Notes under the pieces: model-generated
What the model saw: only the letters and a program-made list of their open reading frames with translations
Told to the model about the DNA's origin: nothing
The model's database searches: none
Shown: positions 26,230-38,095 of the stretch, one piece after another
Position numbering within the stretch: the stretch's first letter is position 1
Layout: each line of letters opens with the position of its first letter
NCBI RefSeq assembly: GCF_009834535.1
Contig: NC_045697.1
Location: forward strand, 43,898,001 to 43,962,000
DNA: 64,000 nt
From: Camelus ferus
Taxonomy: Eukaryota
Direction: 5' to 3'
Made by a program: the position numbers and the translations under genes

Positions 26230-26861
26230 GTGAGTCACCCGTACCCACTGTGAAGTGGGAGCCCAGGCGGCCGGAGGCCCTTCCTTCAGTCTGACTGGGC
26301 CTCCGTTTTTGCCCTCCTCACCGTCATGGCTTGACTCTAGTCTTTTTTCCACTACCATCTAAAATATTTTAAGTGACTTACAGGGGCCATGCGGCTATCT
26401 ATACTTTGGAATATATTCCTAATAAAATCTTTTATTGACCCAATAGATGTGTCTCTGGAAAAGTTGCTGGAGGTGAGCAGGTGAGGGGCGGAGATCAGCG
26501 TAAAGTCCTTAGTCTCTCCTGGCTTTACTCAGAGTCAGAGCGAGGACCCTGCAAATCTGCAAAGTGGGTGACAGTTGCCAAGGAGGCCTTGGGTTAACAA
26601 TGGGTGTGTAGTGGATGCCCTCCGAGCTGGCACATTCGTCTCATTGGTAACCCATAAGCCAGTGCTCATCCATTCAAAAGAGAGTATTGAGCACCTAGAA
26701 CCTTGTTAGGTCTTAGGCTGATACTCACTCATTCAACAGGGATTTACTGAGTACATAGAACAGGCCGGGCACTATTGCAGTTGCCAGAGACACGTCAGTG
26801 AAAAAGAAAATCAAAATCCTTGTCTTCAAGGAGTTTATGATCTGTTTTGTGGGGGGAGGAT

Positions 26862-27660
26862 TTTTATTTTAACCTAATTTCAGATTTAAAGAAAAGTTGC
26901 AAAAATGTTACAAAATCTTCCTGGATACCTTTCACCTAGATTCCCCAAACATTAAAAATCTGCCACATTTTCTTTATTTTCTCTCTTTCCTCTGTGTGTC
27001 TATGTACCTATGCTAATTTTTTCTGAATCTTTTGAGAGCAAATTATAAACTTGATGCCGTTAACTCTATTTCAATGTGTATTTCTTAAAAACAAGGATAA
27101 TCGCTTACATTATCACAAAACAATTATCAAAACCAGAAATTTAATATCGATATAGTACTACTAGCTAATCTATGGGTGTTATTTAAACTTTATCAATTAT
27201 CCCAATAATATTCTTTAGGTGAAAAGGAAGTCAATCTGGAATCACAGCATTGTTTTCACTTGTCATGCCTCTTTCTATGACGGGAGAGAGTTTCTCAGTC
27301 TTTCTTTGTCACAGATCAGCTATTTTGTAGACTACTCCTCAATTTGCCTTGTCAAATGTGTCCTCATGATTAGACTTAGGTTACACATTTTTGGCAGAAA
27401 CTCCACAAAAGCGATGTTATGTTTGCCATACATCACATCAGGAAGCACATGATATCATGTGCTCCACTATGGGTGATGTTAACTTGGATTCCTTGTTTAA
27501 GATAGTGTCTGCCAGGACTCTCCACTACAAAGTTGCTATTTCCTCTCCATAATGGATAAGGATCCGGCAGAGAGATGTAAATATCCTGTCCCTTCACCCA
27601 CTGGTTCTAACACCCTTTGAGGATTTTTGCCTGAATCAATTATTATGATGATGGCGGTCA
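26862..27660 (-). mobile_element. Ancient L1 (L1MC-type) 3' UTR fragment in intron
   Basis: aatttcagatttaaagaaaagttgcaaaaat...ttcacctagattcccc, ggtgatgttaacttggat motifs. Confidence 0.7.
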
Positions 27661-27699
27661 GTGGTAGAGTGCACACGCGCATGGGAGAAGACAGCTGCA

Positions 27700-28130
27700 G
27701 TGTAAGTAGGTGGAGTATATAGGATGCTGATAAGTGCTGCAGAGGAGAATACAGCAAGGAAGAAGAATAGAGGGCTGAAGGGCTGTGATTTTACATAGAC
27801 CTAAGTAAAGATCTGAAAGGATGAGAGGATGACTCATCTCAGGAGGGTCCAGGCAGAGGAGAGAGCCAGAGCCAAGGCCCTGACGTAGAGCTTACTGGAG
27901 TGTTCCAGACCCATGCAGGCAGCCAGAAAGGTGGAAATAGAGTGTGTGCACACAGGTGGGCGTGTGTGGTTGGGGGCGGGGGATATTAGAAGAAGATGAT
28001 GTCAGAGCATTAGCAAGAGTTAGACCTCCTAGGGCATTGCAGACCATAATAAGAACTTTAGTTTTTACTCTGAGTGAGCAGGGAAGCCACTGGAATGTTT
28101 TTAAACAAAGAAAGGATATGATGGATTTGT
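27700..28130 (-). mobile_element. L2 fragment (intronic), followed by MIR to ~28330
   Basis: tttttactctgagtgagcagggaagccactggaatgttttaaaca motif. Confidence 0.7.
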
Positions 28131-30825
28131 ATTCCTGGGAACTTAGCCTCTGCCCCTTGCGTTGTGACCAAGAGCAAGTGATTAATCTTCCTAAGCCTTG
28201 GTTCCCCCACTGATAAAATGGTAATAATGCTGCCTCTCCCATGGTGGTGTGGTAAGGGTCACATGAGGAAATATGTGGAAAGGACTTAGCCCTGGGCCTA
28301 GCAGGCAGTAAGTGCTCAGTAAGTGACTATGTTTTTGTTCTTGTCTCAGCTGTTTTCTCAGGCAGGCTTCCTTCCTCCTGTGGGTTCGCTCAGCCGCCTG
28401 TCTCAGCATTGCTGGCCACTCTCATTTATGCCACTCCCAAGGCAGCATAACACAGCACAGGGGTTCTTTGTGACTGTACCATAAACTCCTCAAACTCTAT
28501 GCAAAGTTTCAGGTATATGGAGTTATGTGTATGGGTGTGTGGGTGAGGTTCCCAAGGTGGTCTATAATGGCGTAGAGGAAGGGGCACTCAGCTGGATTCT
28601 GGAGCTGACAGTTCTGTGCACAGCTCAGCAAAGAGCTAACTTCTAAGACTCTCCGATAAGTCATTGGGCGGCTTCAGTTTTCTCATCTGCATGAGGAAGT
28701 TGTGCAGTATGATTTCTAAGGTCACTTCTAGGTCTAAGTTTCTATGACATAATCAGTTTCCTTGGCATACTTTGAATAAGTGTATTTATAGACTGTGTAT
28801 CTCTGTTCTTCCTCCTTAGAACAAACCTGGAAAATGGCTAGTAAATCCTAGGGCTGATTTGTATAATTCAGGCTCTCTGCTTTGTTTCTCCTTTCCATCT
28901 ATGCAAACTTTTATAGCACTGCCCCAACCTAGCCTCTCTGCCCCTCCCTTCATGGACACAGGCAAGAAAGCATCCTTTTGCCAGGACCCCAGTCTCTGCA
29001 GGAGAGAAGGAGAAAGAAAATGAACAACCACTCCTATGTGCTGAGACATTATCTGGACACATATTTGCTCATTCATTACCTACAAACTCTGTGTTTTGGG
29101 GACCATTATCAGCACTTTATAGATATGAAAACCAGGAATGAGAAAGCTGAAGATCACAGAAATCTAAATGCTGAAATTTGGGCTCAAGTTTATTCTGACT
29201 CCCAAGGTCTGGTTTTTCCCACTGGACCACCTTGCCTTCCCATTGGTGTGTATTCAGCCACGTACCACAACTCATTGGCTTATTTGCTCAATGATTCTGT
29301 AAATGGTGCTCACAACAAGATTGCTTTTTTAACAGCTTCCAAGAAAGTAAAGCACCGTTCCCCTTTACCAAACAGAATCGTGACAGCAGAATCTTTGTTC
29401 CTGGCACCCGTTCCCTGGGAAGATGCTCTGGTCAAGGTGTTTATGACCCTTATTAACTTCAGCATGGTATAAACCTGTAGTTCACTTCCTCTTACTTTGA
29501 AAAAAAGAATGTTTTTTCTTCTCTATGGCCTCTGTATTATGAAAGACTTTAGAGAGTGTTTTCTAAAAGTTCCCCTAGGTTTCTCAGCAAATAATAGTGG
29601 ACTTTTCCCCTCTAAAAGCTGCCCATGGTAAAAGACAGACATAGGCATGCTGGAACAGAAAAGTAATTACATCTTTGTTGAATGAGAGTATCTTCTTCTT
29701 TGTAGCATATTTTATGTGTGCAATCAATGTTGGTTTAATGAAGGTTTAGAGATTAAAAGAATAAAAAATAATGAACTAAAGAATGGACAAAAGGTACTAT
29801 GAAGAAAGGATTTGGATGATTTATCATGGAAAAACAGAAGGCCAAGAGACTGAACTGTTTTCAAGCAGAATATCTGTTCTTCCATCTGTTGAGATGAGGG
29901 TCATAACATCAGAAAAATGTTTACACTGTTACCTAGTTGTCCACTCTTTGGCACATGCTTCCTCTGTTAGATGAGACTCAAAATCACTGTCACAAGGGAA
30001 AAAAATGTTTATGAAAAATAAATCATTCATAGTCTCACTGTTTAAGAGCTCCTAACCCTTATAAACTAAGTCTGCTATAGATCTCTCTCTTTCCCACTCT
30101 CTTTCTTTCTGCTCGCATTGCACATTGGAAATTGTATTAAACTCAACATTGTAAAAAATAAGTGTAATCCAAAAATGGAGCCCAAACTGATTTCAGTCAG
30201 TCAAGACACATGGTCATAGAACCCAACTGTCAGATTGGACTCCCCCGGATCACCCAGAGAGATGTCAGTGAAAATGGCTAGAGGGCTACAAGGTGAGGCC
30301 TGGTCTGGCACTATGCTCACAACCAACTGGAAAAATTGATGCATTACACAACTGGCTTTAAAGGGAACCATCTCACCTCAATATATATAAATGCATGCAT
30401 ACATACATACATAACATACATACATACAAGGATTTTTTTCTTTTAAAAAAGGGAACCATTCCACTTCAATAAAAATTAATTAATTAATTGATTTAAAGTT
30501 TAAAAATATTCCAGAACAGATGCTAGAGAACTGGGCCTGGAATTGTAAACTGCAGATCATTTGAAAAGGTCTATGTTATGAAAAGAGCACTGGCTTGAGG
30601 AGAGAAAGACTAATCTCTGCCACCAATTTGTTGTGTAATCTTAGCAGGTCAATTGGCTTCGCTTGGTCCTCAGAAGAATAGGGATAAGAGTACAGAATTC
30701 TCATGATAAACAAGTGACAGAAAATGTATGTTTTAAAGAGGCTGGAAAAGCTATATGAATGCAAGGAACTGTGTGGCCATATTAATAGGCTACATATTGA
30801 TCCATTTATTTGTTTTTTTTAACAG

Positions 30826-30930
30826 GGATCTATTTGTGATGATTTCCTATGTATGACGTTTTTCACTCATTGTGCCCTTTGTCAACTCAAGCGAGATATT
30901 GAAAAAAGAAAAGCAATAAATGCTTTATAA
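30826..30930 (+). CDS. PLAC8-like: PLAC8-family protein, coding exon 3 (GSICDDFLCMTFFTHCALCQLKRDIEKRKAINAL*)
   Basis: Poly-T tract plus aacAG ending at 30825; GSICDD and CxLCQxKRDI motifs; TAA at 30928-30930; donor GTAAGT at 30941. Confidence 0.96.
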   Translation, partial: GSICDDFLCMTFFTHCALCQLKRDIEKRKAINAL

Positions 30931-32636
30931 AAGGTGCTTGGTAAGTTGGTGAGAATTCTTTGATTTATGAGGATCAAAACAAATTCTCAAAGACATCTCT
31001 GATTTCCTTGGTACCCTCACAGACACATGAGATATCCCTTAACAAATGGAGGGTAAATGGCTTTAAATGGCCAGTCTACACCAGTCAGTTGGGAGTTAGC
31101 TTTCCAGAACCTGGGTGGAGAGGGCTGAACCTGTTTGGATAAGAAGGAATTCTGTGATTTGTTAAGATGTCTGCCACGGGTGGAGTGGCCACGTGATGTA
31201 CCAGATAAACATGCCACACGTCTTCCACGCTTATCTTAACTACACCCTGATTTAAGGTGGTGGAGGTATGTGTATGACAAAACATTCATTTCCCGAAGCC
31301 TAGATATCAGGTCCACTGCTGCCAACAGTTACCTACTGAGATGTCATACTGAGTGTGACTGTGTAACGTATCTAGTTACAGGTTCTTGTCAACACCACAA
31401 TATTAAAATAGTAATTCATTCTCCAAAGTGGTGGAAAGCTGTGTTAGTCTCTGTAAGTTAAGTGTGGCCAATTCACCCAGTTATCCAAAATGCCCAAAGC
31501 TCCCATTTAGGAAGAAGAGTACTGACTTTTTGGTGGTGGTATCACCAAAGTTGGGCAGCTACTCATTTGCCTCATTTCCTAAGTCCTCCTGTCACGTATT
31601 TAATCTTCTCAGTTCTTCCTGTTTTTCTTAAGGCAATGGCTTACCAGTCCTGTCTTTCCATCTCTTACTGTCAGTCTCATGGAATTTGTAATCAAAGTTT
31701 CATTTTCACCTGGAAATGGCTCTTCTCTGTAAAGTCCATCTCCCAAGAGGCCTTTGAGAGTGCTTGATCAGGACGGCACATCCATCTGCATGACTGGCTG
31801 ACGCGGGCACAGTCTGTGTCTCTCTTAGCTATTTTGCCACATGCGGCACAAAATAATGTCCTCTTCATGAACATTTTAGTTCATGTCATTTCATTTTAGT
31901 ACCATTTTAATATCCAGGTATTAGTCTTCTGATTGCTTTCCTCAGTGACGGAAGTGCTTTACTCATTTTCAAGCAGAGTCAAGATGGTGAGCCTTCTTAT
32001 TCTTTTTTCCTCCTTGTACCCTACCTCCTGAGAATCAGTGGTTGTTTCTCTTCCCAAGCAGTGATGTTTCTTTAAAGCCTTATGTTACCAGTGTGACTCA
32101 GAATTGGATGCCCAAGTAGACCTGAGGGAATTGGAAGGTGGCAGTTTACTGGGTCTAGTCATCCAGCCAATGAAAAAGATTGTTTTGGGGTCTCTGCCTT
32201 TTGGAGTCTCTTACCTTAGCATGCTTGATGATTCATTGACATTTGGTAAGGGAAGTTAGCTCTGGCAATCTACAGAGCATTCTGTTGGTTTACCCAACCA
32301 CCTAACGGCAGTGCCTGCCACATAGTAGGCACTTTAATAAATACTGTGGGTAAATAAATGAACCCAACTTTCAAGCAAGGAATCATAATGAGACTCTAAC
32401 CTGGGGACTCATCTGAATCTTAACTAGTGGTCATGACCTTTCCAAATAGATAGTAGTGAATCAGGGGCCATTATTTGATATAGATTTTAAATATGTAGCA
32501 ATTTGGTAGTAGGGTAGCAGGAAATGAAGTTTTAATATTTGGAAGAAGATAATATAAAGAAAGATGGAATGATAAGTCTTCATTCATTCATTTATTTATT
32601 CTTTCTTTTCTTTTCTTTTTTTCCTTATCTCTACAG

Positions 32637-32849
32637 GTCAAATTCACGTTGTGGTAAAAGAAAATACTGGAATGAAATCCTGCATCGATTCAGTGCTATC
32701 TCATTTCGAATCTTAGAAATTAATTCAACTAATCATACAGTTTCAAATGGCTTCAAAACATTTTTAATTTCTGGTTTATTTTGAAAGAAATGTATTTCCA
32801 ATACGGTTTTCCAAGATGATTGCCATTAAAAAATTAATTTTGTCAACAA
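32637..32849 (+). other. PLAC8-like: Predicted non-coding terminal (3' UTR) exon of the PLAC8-like gene
   Basis: Long pyrimidine tract plus ctacAG ending at 32636, the first strong acceptor after donor 30941; AT-rich body; ATTAAA at 32825. Confidence 0.7.
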
Positions 32850-32862
32850 TTTGTGTGTCTTT
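32825..32862 (+). terminator. Polyadenylation signal ATTAAA with downstream GU-rich element; alternative AATAAA at 33008-33013
   Basis: ATTAAA 32825-32830, CA dinucleotides about 15-20 nt later, then tttgtgtgtcttt. Confidence 0.55.
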
Positions 32863-34040
32863 AAATATTGCTTCATGGAAAATTACAATATGCTTTTTTT
32901 TTTTTTAAATGAACCCAAGGGTTGTCAAAATGTAAAAGTTGAATAATGGGTACATAGAAATTCTTTATTCTACTTTTCCACCTTTACATAAGTTTGAAAA
33001 TATCCAGAATAAATTTTTAAATATTGTTCAAGTAAAAGGCTTTTATTATTTTAGATTTTCCCTCCACTGGGAGGCCAGATATTACCCTGTGTGGTCCCTC
33101 ACCCCAGGCAAGTACGATTTCCTCCCTTAGGGAGCCTGAAGGGCCGTTAGCACTTCTTCACAGCCCCACAGAGTAACTCCAGTCCAAAGACACAAAAGGG
33201 AGGATTTCTGTCATCAGTCACACAGCAAACCACCTAATTAAAATTTCCATTGGACAACTCTCTTCTCCCCAAAGTCATCTTTTGCAGCAAGCCAGCCACA
33301 TACCTTTCTTTTCTCTTTTTTTCCCTGGTTAAGGTGACATTTTTCTAATTGAGATATAGCTGACATATAACATTGCATTAGTTTCAGGTGCACAACATAA
33401 TGATTTGATAGACTTATATATTGCAAAACGATCACCACAATAATTGTAGTTAACATCCATCACTGCATAGTTACAAGCTTTTTTTTTTCCTTATAATGAG
33501 AATTTTTAAGGTTTAGTCTGTTAGAAACTTTCAAATCAGCAGTACACAAAAGTTAAATGGCATTTACAAGGTCACCAGTGTATACCAATGTATACAGAAT
33601 GGCAGTGCTGGGTCTAGAAAGCGGGTCTTTGAGTTCTATGTCACTGTTCATGGCAGTACACAGGAGTGTTTTTTATTTTTATTTTTCTTGTAAAAAGTAA
33701 CCCTAGGGGAATGAAATTCAAGAGTGGGAGAAAGACTGTTTCGCTCCATTCCCTTTTTCATTATTTTAGTTTTTTAATGTGAACTGTGCATGTAATAAAA
33801 AAAGGTTAAAGACAAAAAAAAATAACCCTAGGGTTTAGGCTGTCAAGGATTGTTCTTATAAATTTATAGACTATTCTATCGTTTATCGTCCTAACAGTCT
33901 TCATATTTCTATTTTTGGTTTGTTTGTTTAACATCTGCTTTGTCAGATAAGCATCATGAAAGCAGGGACAGATCATATATGTTCCAATTTCCTTTTTAAT
34001 CCCCCAGCACATGGAAAGTATTGTGGTCAAGAAGTCAGTA

Positions 34041-35253
34041 AGACTTGAACATAAGACAAGATACAATAAACCTCCTAGAGGAAAATATAGGCAAAACATT
34101 ATCTGACATACATCTCAAAAATGTTCTCCTAGAACAGTCTACTCAAGCAATAGAAATAAAAGTAAGAATAAACAAATGGGACCTAATGATACTTACAAGC
34201 TTCTGCACAGCAAAGGAAACCATAAGTAAAACAAAAAGACAACCTACAGAATGGGAAAAATTTTTTGCAAATGAAACCGACAAAGGCTTGATCTCCAGAA
34301 TACATAAGCAGCTCATACAACTCAATAAGAAAAAAATAAACAACCCAATCCAAAAACGGGCAGAAGACCTAACCAAGCAATTCTCCAAGGAAGACATACA
34401 AATGATCAATAGGCACATGAAAAAATGCTCAATATCACTAATTATCAGAGAAATGCAAATCAAAACTACAATGAGGTATCACCTCACACCAGTCAGAATG
34501 GCCATAATTCAAAAGTCCACAAATGACAAATGCTGGAGAGGTTGTGGAGAAAAGGGAACCCTCCTTCACTGCTGGTGGAAAACAGTATGGAGATTCCTCA
34601 AAAGACTAGGAATAGACTTACCATATGACTCAGGAATCCCGCTCCTGGGCATATATCCAGAAGGAACCCTACTTCAGGATGACACCTGCACCCCAATGTT
34701 CATAGCAGCACTATTTACAATAACCAAGACATGGAGACAGCCTAAATGTCCATCAACAGATGACTGGATAAAGAAGATGTGGTATATTTTTATAATGGAA
34801 TACTACTCAGCCATAAAAACCGACAACATAACACCATTTGCAGCAACATGGATGTTCCTGGAGAATGTCATTCTAAGTGAAGTAAGCCAGAAAGAGAAAG
34901 AAAAATACCATATGAGATCACTCATATGTGGAATCTAAAACAAACAAACAAACAAACAAAGCATAAATACAAAACAGAAATAGACTCATAGACACAGAAT
35001 ACAAAATTGTGGTTGCCAAGGGGGCAGGGGGTGGGAAGAGATAGACTGGGATTTCAAAATTGTAGAATAGATAAACAAGATTATACTGTATAGCACAGGG
35101 AAATATACATAAGATCTTATGGTAGCTCACAGAGAAAAAAATGTGACAATGAATATATATATGTTCATAAATAACTGAAAAATTGTGCTCTACACTGAAA
35201 TTTGACACAACATTGTAAAATGATTATAAATCAATAAAAAATGTTAGAAAAAA
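34041..35253 (+). mobile_element. Young 5'-truncated LINE-1 (ORF2 C-terminus, 3' UTR, A tail)
   Basis: Uninterrupted 297-aa frame 34045-34938 with L1 ORF2 motifs ([44 protein letters not shown]); AATAAA near 35233; 12-bp TSD AAGAAGTCAGTA at 34029-34040 and 35254-35265. Confidence 0.97.
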
Positions 35254-35479
35254 AAGAAGTCAGTAGATTAGGTTCAAAGATAGAAAAAGTGGCAATGCTA
35301 GTCATCAGATAAGGCATTTGGGCAAGATGAAACTCTTTGGGGGTCTTTTTTCTTAGTCATGGGGTGATAGGATGATGTTGTGCATACTATTTTATAAATT
35401 ATTTGTTCTGTTTTATGGCTTAACCACAAATTATGAATGACTTCCCATATTAATAAGTACATATAAATAACATCAAAAT

Positions 35480-35970
35480 ATGCAACGCAGTGTTATTAAC
35501 TATAGTCATCATGCTGTATGTTACATCTGCATGATTTATTCATTTTATAATTGGAAGTTTGTACCTTGTGACCACCTTCGTTCATTTTGCCCACCTCCCA
35601 CCTCAGACAACCACCAATCTGCTCTCTGTATTTATGATTTTGGGTATTTGCTTTTGTTTTTGTTTTCTGTTTTTTGTTTGTTTGGTTTTTTTTAGATTCT
35701 ACATATAAGTGAGATCATATGTTATTTGTCTTTCTCTGTCTGACTTATTTCACTAAGCGTAACACACTTGAGCTCCATCCATGGCAGAACTTCCTTCTTT
35801 TTATGGCTGAATAATATTCCATTGTGTGTGTGTGTGTGTATATAGATATAAATGCATAATATACATATATATCTCACATTGTCTTTATCCATTCCTCTGT
35901 CAGTGGACACTTAGGTTGTTTCCATGCCTTGGCTATTGTGAATAGTGCTGCAGTGAATCTGGTGGTGCAG
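35480..35970 (-). mobile_element. L1 3' region fragment
   Basis: tagattctacatataagtgagatcat...ggacacttaggttgtttccat; minus ORF with TLSEISQTEKDK. Confidence 0.85.
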
Positions 35971-36479
35971 TCCACAGATATTTTTTATGCAGAGCAGTTT
36001 AGTTCTATCTCAGCTTTCTAGTCCTAGGAACCACAGGCCCAAAGATGCAGGATGGGGGTGGAATTCTGCTGTTAATCAAAATAATGTGTTTTGCATGTAA
36101 CTTGTTAAAAATTACTTAAAAGATACATTAAGTAAAAAGGCTTTTTTTTAAAGCTTGGATGTAGCTGAGAATAGTTATTACTAGTCTCCTTCTCCCACTC
36201 TTGATATCATGCTTTATCCTGTGCATTCCAAAGGCCTAAGGCTCCCTCATAGCAGGACACTTTTCTTAATTAAATAAAAAACCTCCTCTTTAAACACTAC
36301 TGCATGCTAGTCATAAACTTCTAGAGCCAAGAAAAAGCAACTCTCAGAGGAAGCTGGGGCAGGGGCAGGGGAGGGGGCATGTAGAAGCAATTGACAACGA
36401 ACAGCAGGAGAGAATTCATCTCACTTTTCCAGAGTATAGAATGATTATCCCTGCATTCCACCTCCCACAGATGCCGTAT

Positions 36480-36975
36480 TGGAGTTACCATTGCTGCTTC
36501 GTGACTTAAACAACAGCAGTCATTTCTGCTGCTCAAGAGTCTATAATTTGGGCCAGCTATTCTGTCTCTGCTCATGCAGTGGGAACTGGGGTAGCTCAGC
36601 TGAGCTGGAGGCTAGTTGGTGCTGCTTCTTGGCTGTTGTTGTAGCCGTGGCTTGAGCCTGAGGGCCTGGGTTCCTCTTCACATTGGCCACGAACCGGCTG
36701 CTTGGACTGGCTCACAGTATGGCTGCTGAGATGCTTGTCCAGGGCAATATGGACAAGCAATATGGAAGCGCGTGACATTTTTATGATCTAGCTTCAGGAA
36801 TCACATAGCATCACCTCTGCTGAACTCTCTTGGTTGAGGCAGTGACAAAGGTCCACCCAAGTTCAAGAGAGACGAGGCATAGACTAACTCTTAATGGAGA
36901 ATGGCAAGGTGCTTGAAGAGTATAAGGGACGGAGATACTGTTGCACCCCTCTTTGGAAAATACAGTCTATCACAG
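36480..36975 (-). mobile_element. MaLR solo LTR (MLT1-type)
   Basis: gtgacttaaacaacagc, ttttatgatctagcttcaggaatcacatagcatcac, ctttggaaaatacagtct. Confidence 0.75.
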
Positions 36976-37439
36976 ATGCCATGAGGCGCTCTGTGTTGTG
37001 TCTCCCAGGATCAGAGCTGTAGTCCGTCTGTTCTCAGTAAAGCCCCTCTTGGAGGGTCACAGCAGAGCGATGGCCCACTGTCCACCCCGGGCTGTCAGTT
37101 ATGGTGGCATAAATTCCATAATACCAGCTGAGTCTTTCTGGGGACTTTGAAAAGATTTCAGAGCCTAAGTGTGGCTGTAGCTGGTAACGATAGCCTATTC
37201 TTCCAGAGATTCTGATTCAGATCTATGGCGGGATCCAAGAGTCTAAATTTTAAAAAGGACCACAATTATTTCTGATGCACCTTGTCGCCCTGCTGTAGAC
37301 CACTGCTCTCCCCAGTAGGTACAAACTGAAGGGGCTCTAATGCAACAACTCAGATCCGGACCACGCTTTCAGTGCTGGGGATCAAAGTTCAGAGCTGGGT
37401 ACCCTGTTTCACCCGCTGCTCCTTTCCTCTTCCTCTCCA

Positions 37440-38095
37440 CTTTCTTTTTCTTTTCCATTTCTTAAGGCTGAATAATGTTCCATTGTATGTATATACTACA
37501 TTTTGCTTATCCATTCATATGTTGTGGGACACTTGGGTTGTTTCCACAGTATAATTGTTGTGAATAATGCTGCTATCAATTTAGGCATCCAAATATCTCT
37601 TTGAGACCCTGCTTTTAATTCTTTGAGTATATATCACAGGGGGAATTGGTGGATCATATTGCAATTCTACTTTTAATTCTTTAAAGAATTGTCACATTAT
37701 TTTCCACAATGGCTGTATCATTTCACATTCCTACCAAGAGTGCACAAGAGTTCCAATTTCTTCACATTCTCACCAACATATTATATTACAGATTGGGGGG
37801 GGGGGGTTGATAGTAATCATCTTAATGGGTACAAAGTGGCAACTCATTGTAGTTTTGATTTGTGTTTCCCCAATGATCAGTGATGCTGAGCATTTTTTCA
37901 TGGGCTCATCAGCCATGTGTATATCTTCTTTGAAGACATGTCTATTCAGGTTATTTGCCCATTTTTGAATTGGATTGTTTGTTTTTGTTGTTGTTGAGTT
38001 TTAGGAGTTCTCTGTATATTCTAGATATTAATCTATGATTAGATACATGATTTGCAAATCTTTTCTCCCATTCTGTGGGTTGTCTTTTTCCACTA
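37440..38095 (-). mobile_element. L1 (L1MB-type) ORF2 3' fragment
   Basis: ggctgaataatgttccattgtatgt..., gtagttttgatttgtgtttccccaatgatcagtgatgctgagcattttttcat: antisense L1 ORF2 end. Confidence 0.85.

Larger units (their letters stand above)
24262..32849 (+). other. PLAC8-like: PLAC8-family gene body (visible part: first coding exon to predicted poly(A) site; upstream non-coding exon not located with confidence)
   Basis: Four exons with canonical AG/GT sites (24262-24390, 26105-26229, 30826-30940, 32637-~32849). Spliced CDS is 327 nt = 108 aa: MNPVVSQPRYGAGATASDWQTGMFDCCDDIGVCLCGAFFPLCLSCQIASDMNECCLCGASVAMRTMYRTRYGIPGSICDDFLCMTFFTHCALCQLKRDIEKRKAINAL*. Confidence 0.92.

Noticed and set aside
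28978..29472. 164-aa ORF in intron 3
   Set aside because: TTG start, no recognisable domain, overlaps decayed MIR-like sequence; probably chance.
34045..34938. Longest ORF (297 aa) as a host gene
   Set aside because: It is the L1 ORF2 C-terminus in a 5'-truncated insertion with TSD, with no promoter and a non-ATG start.
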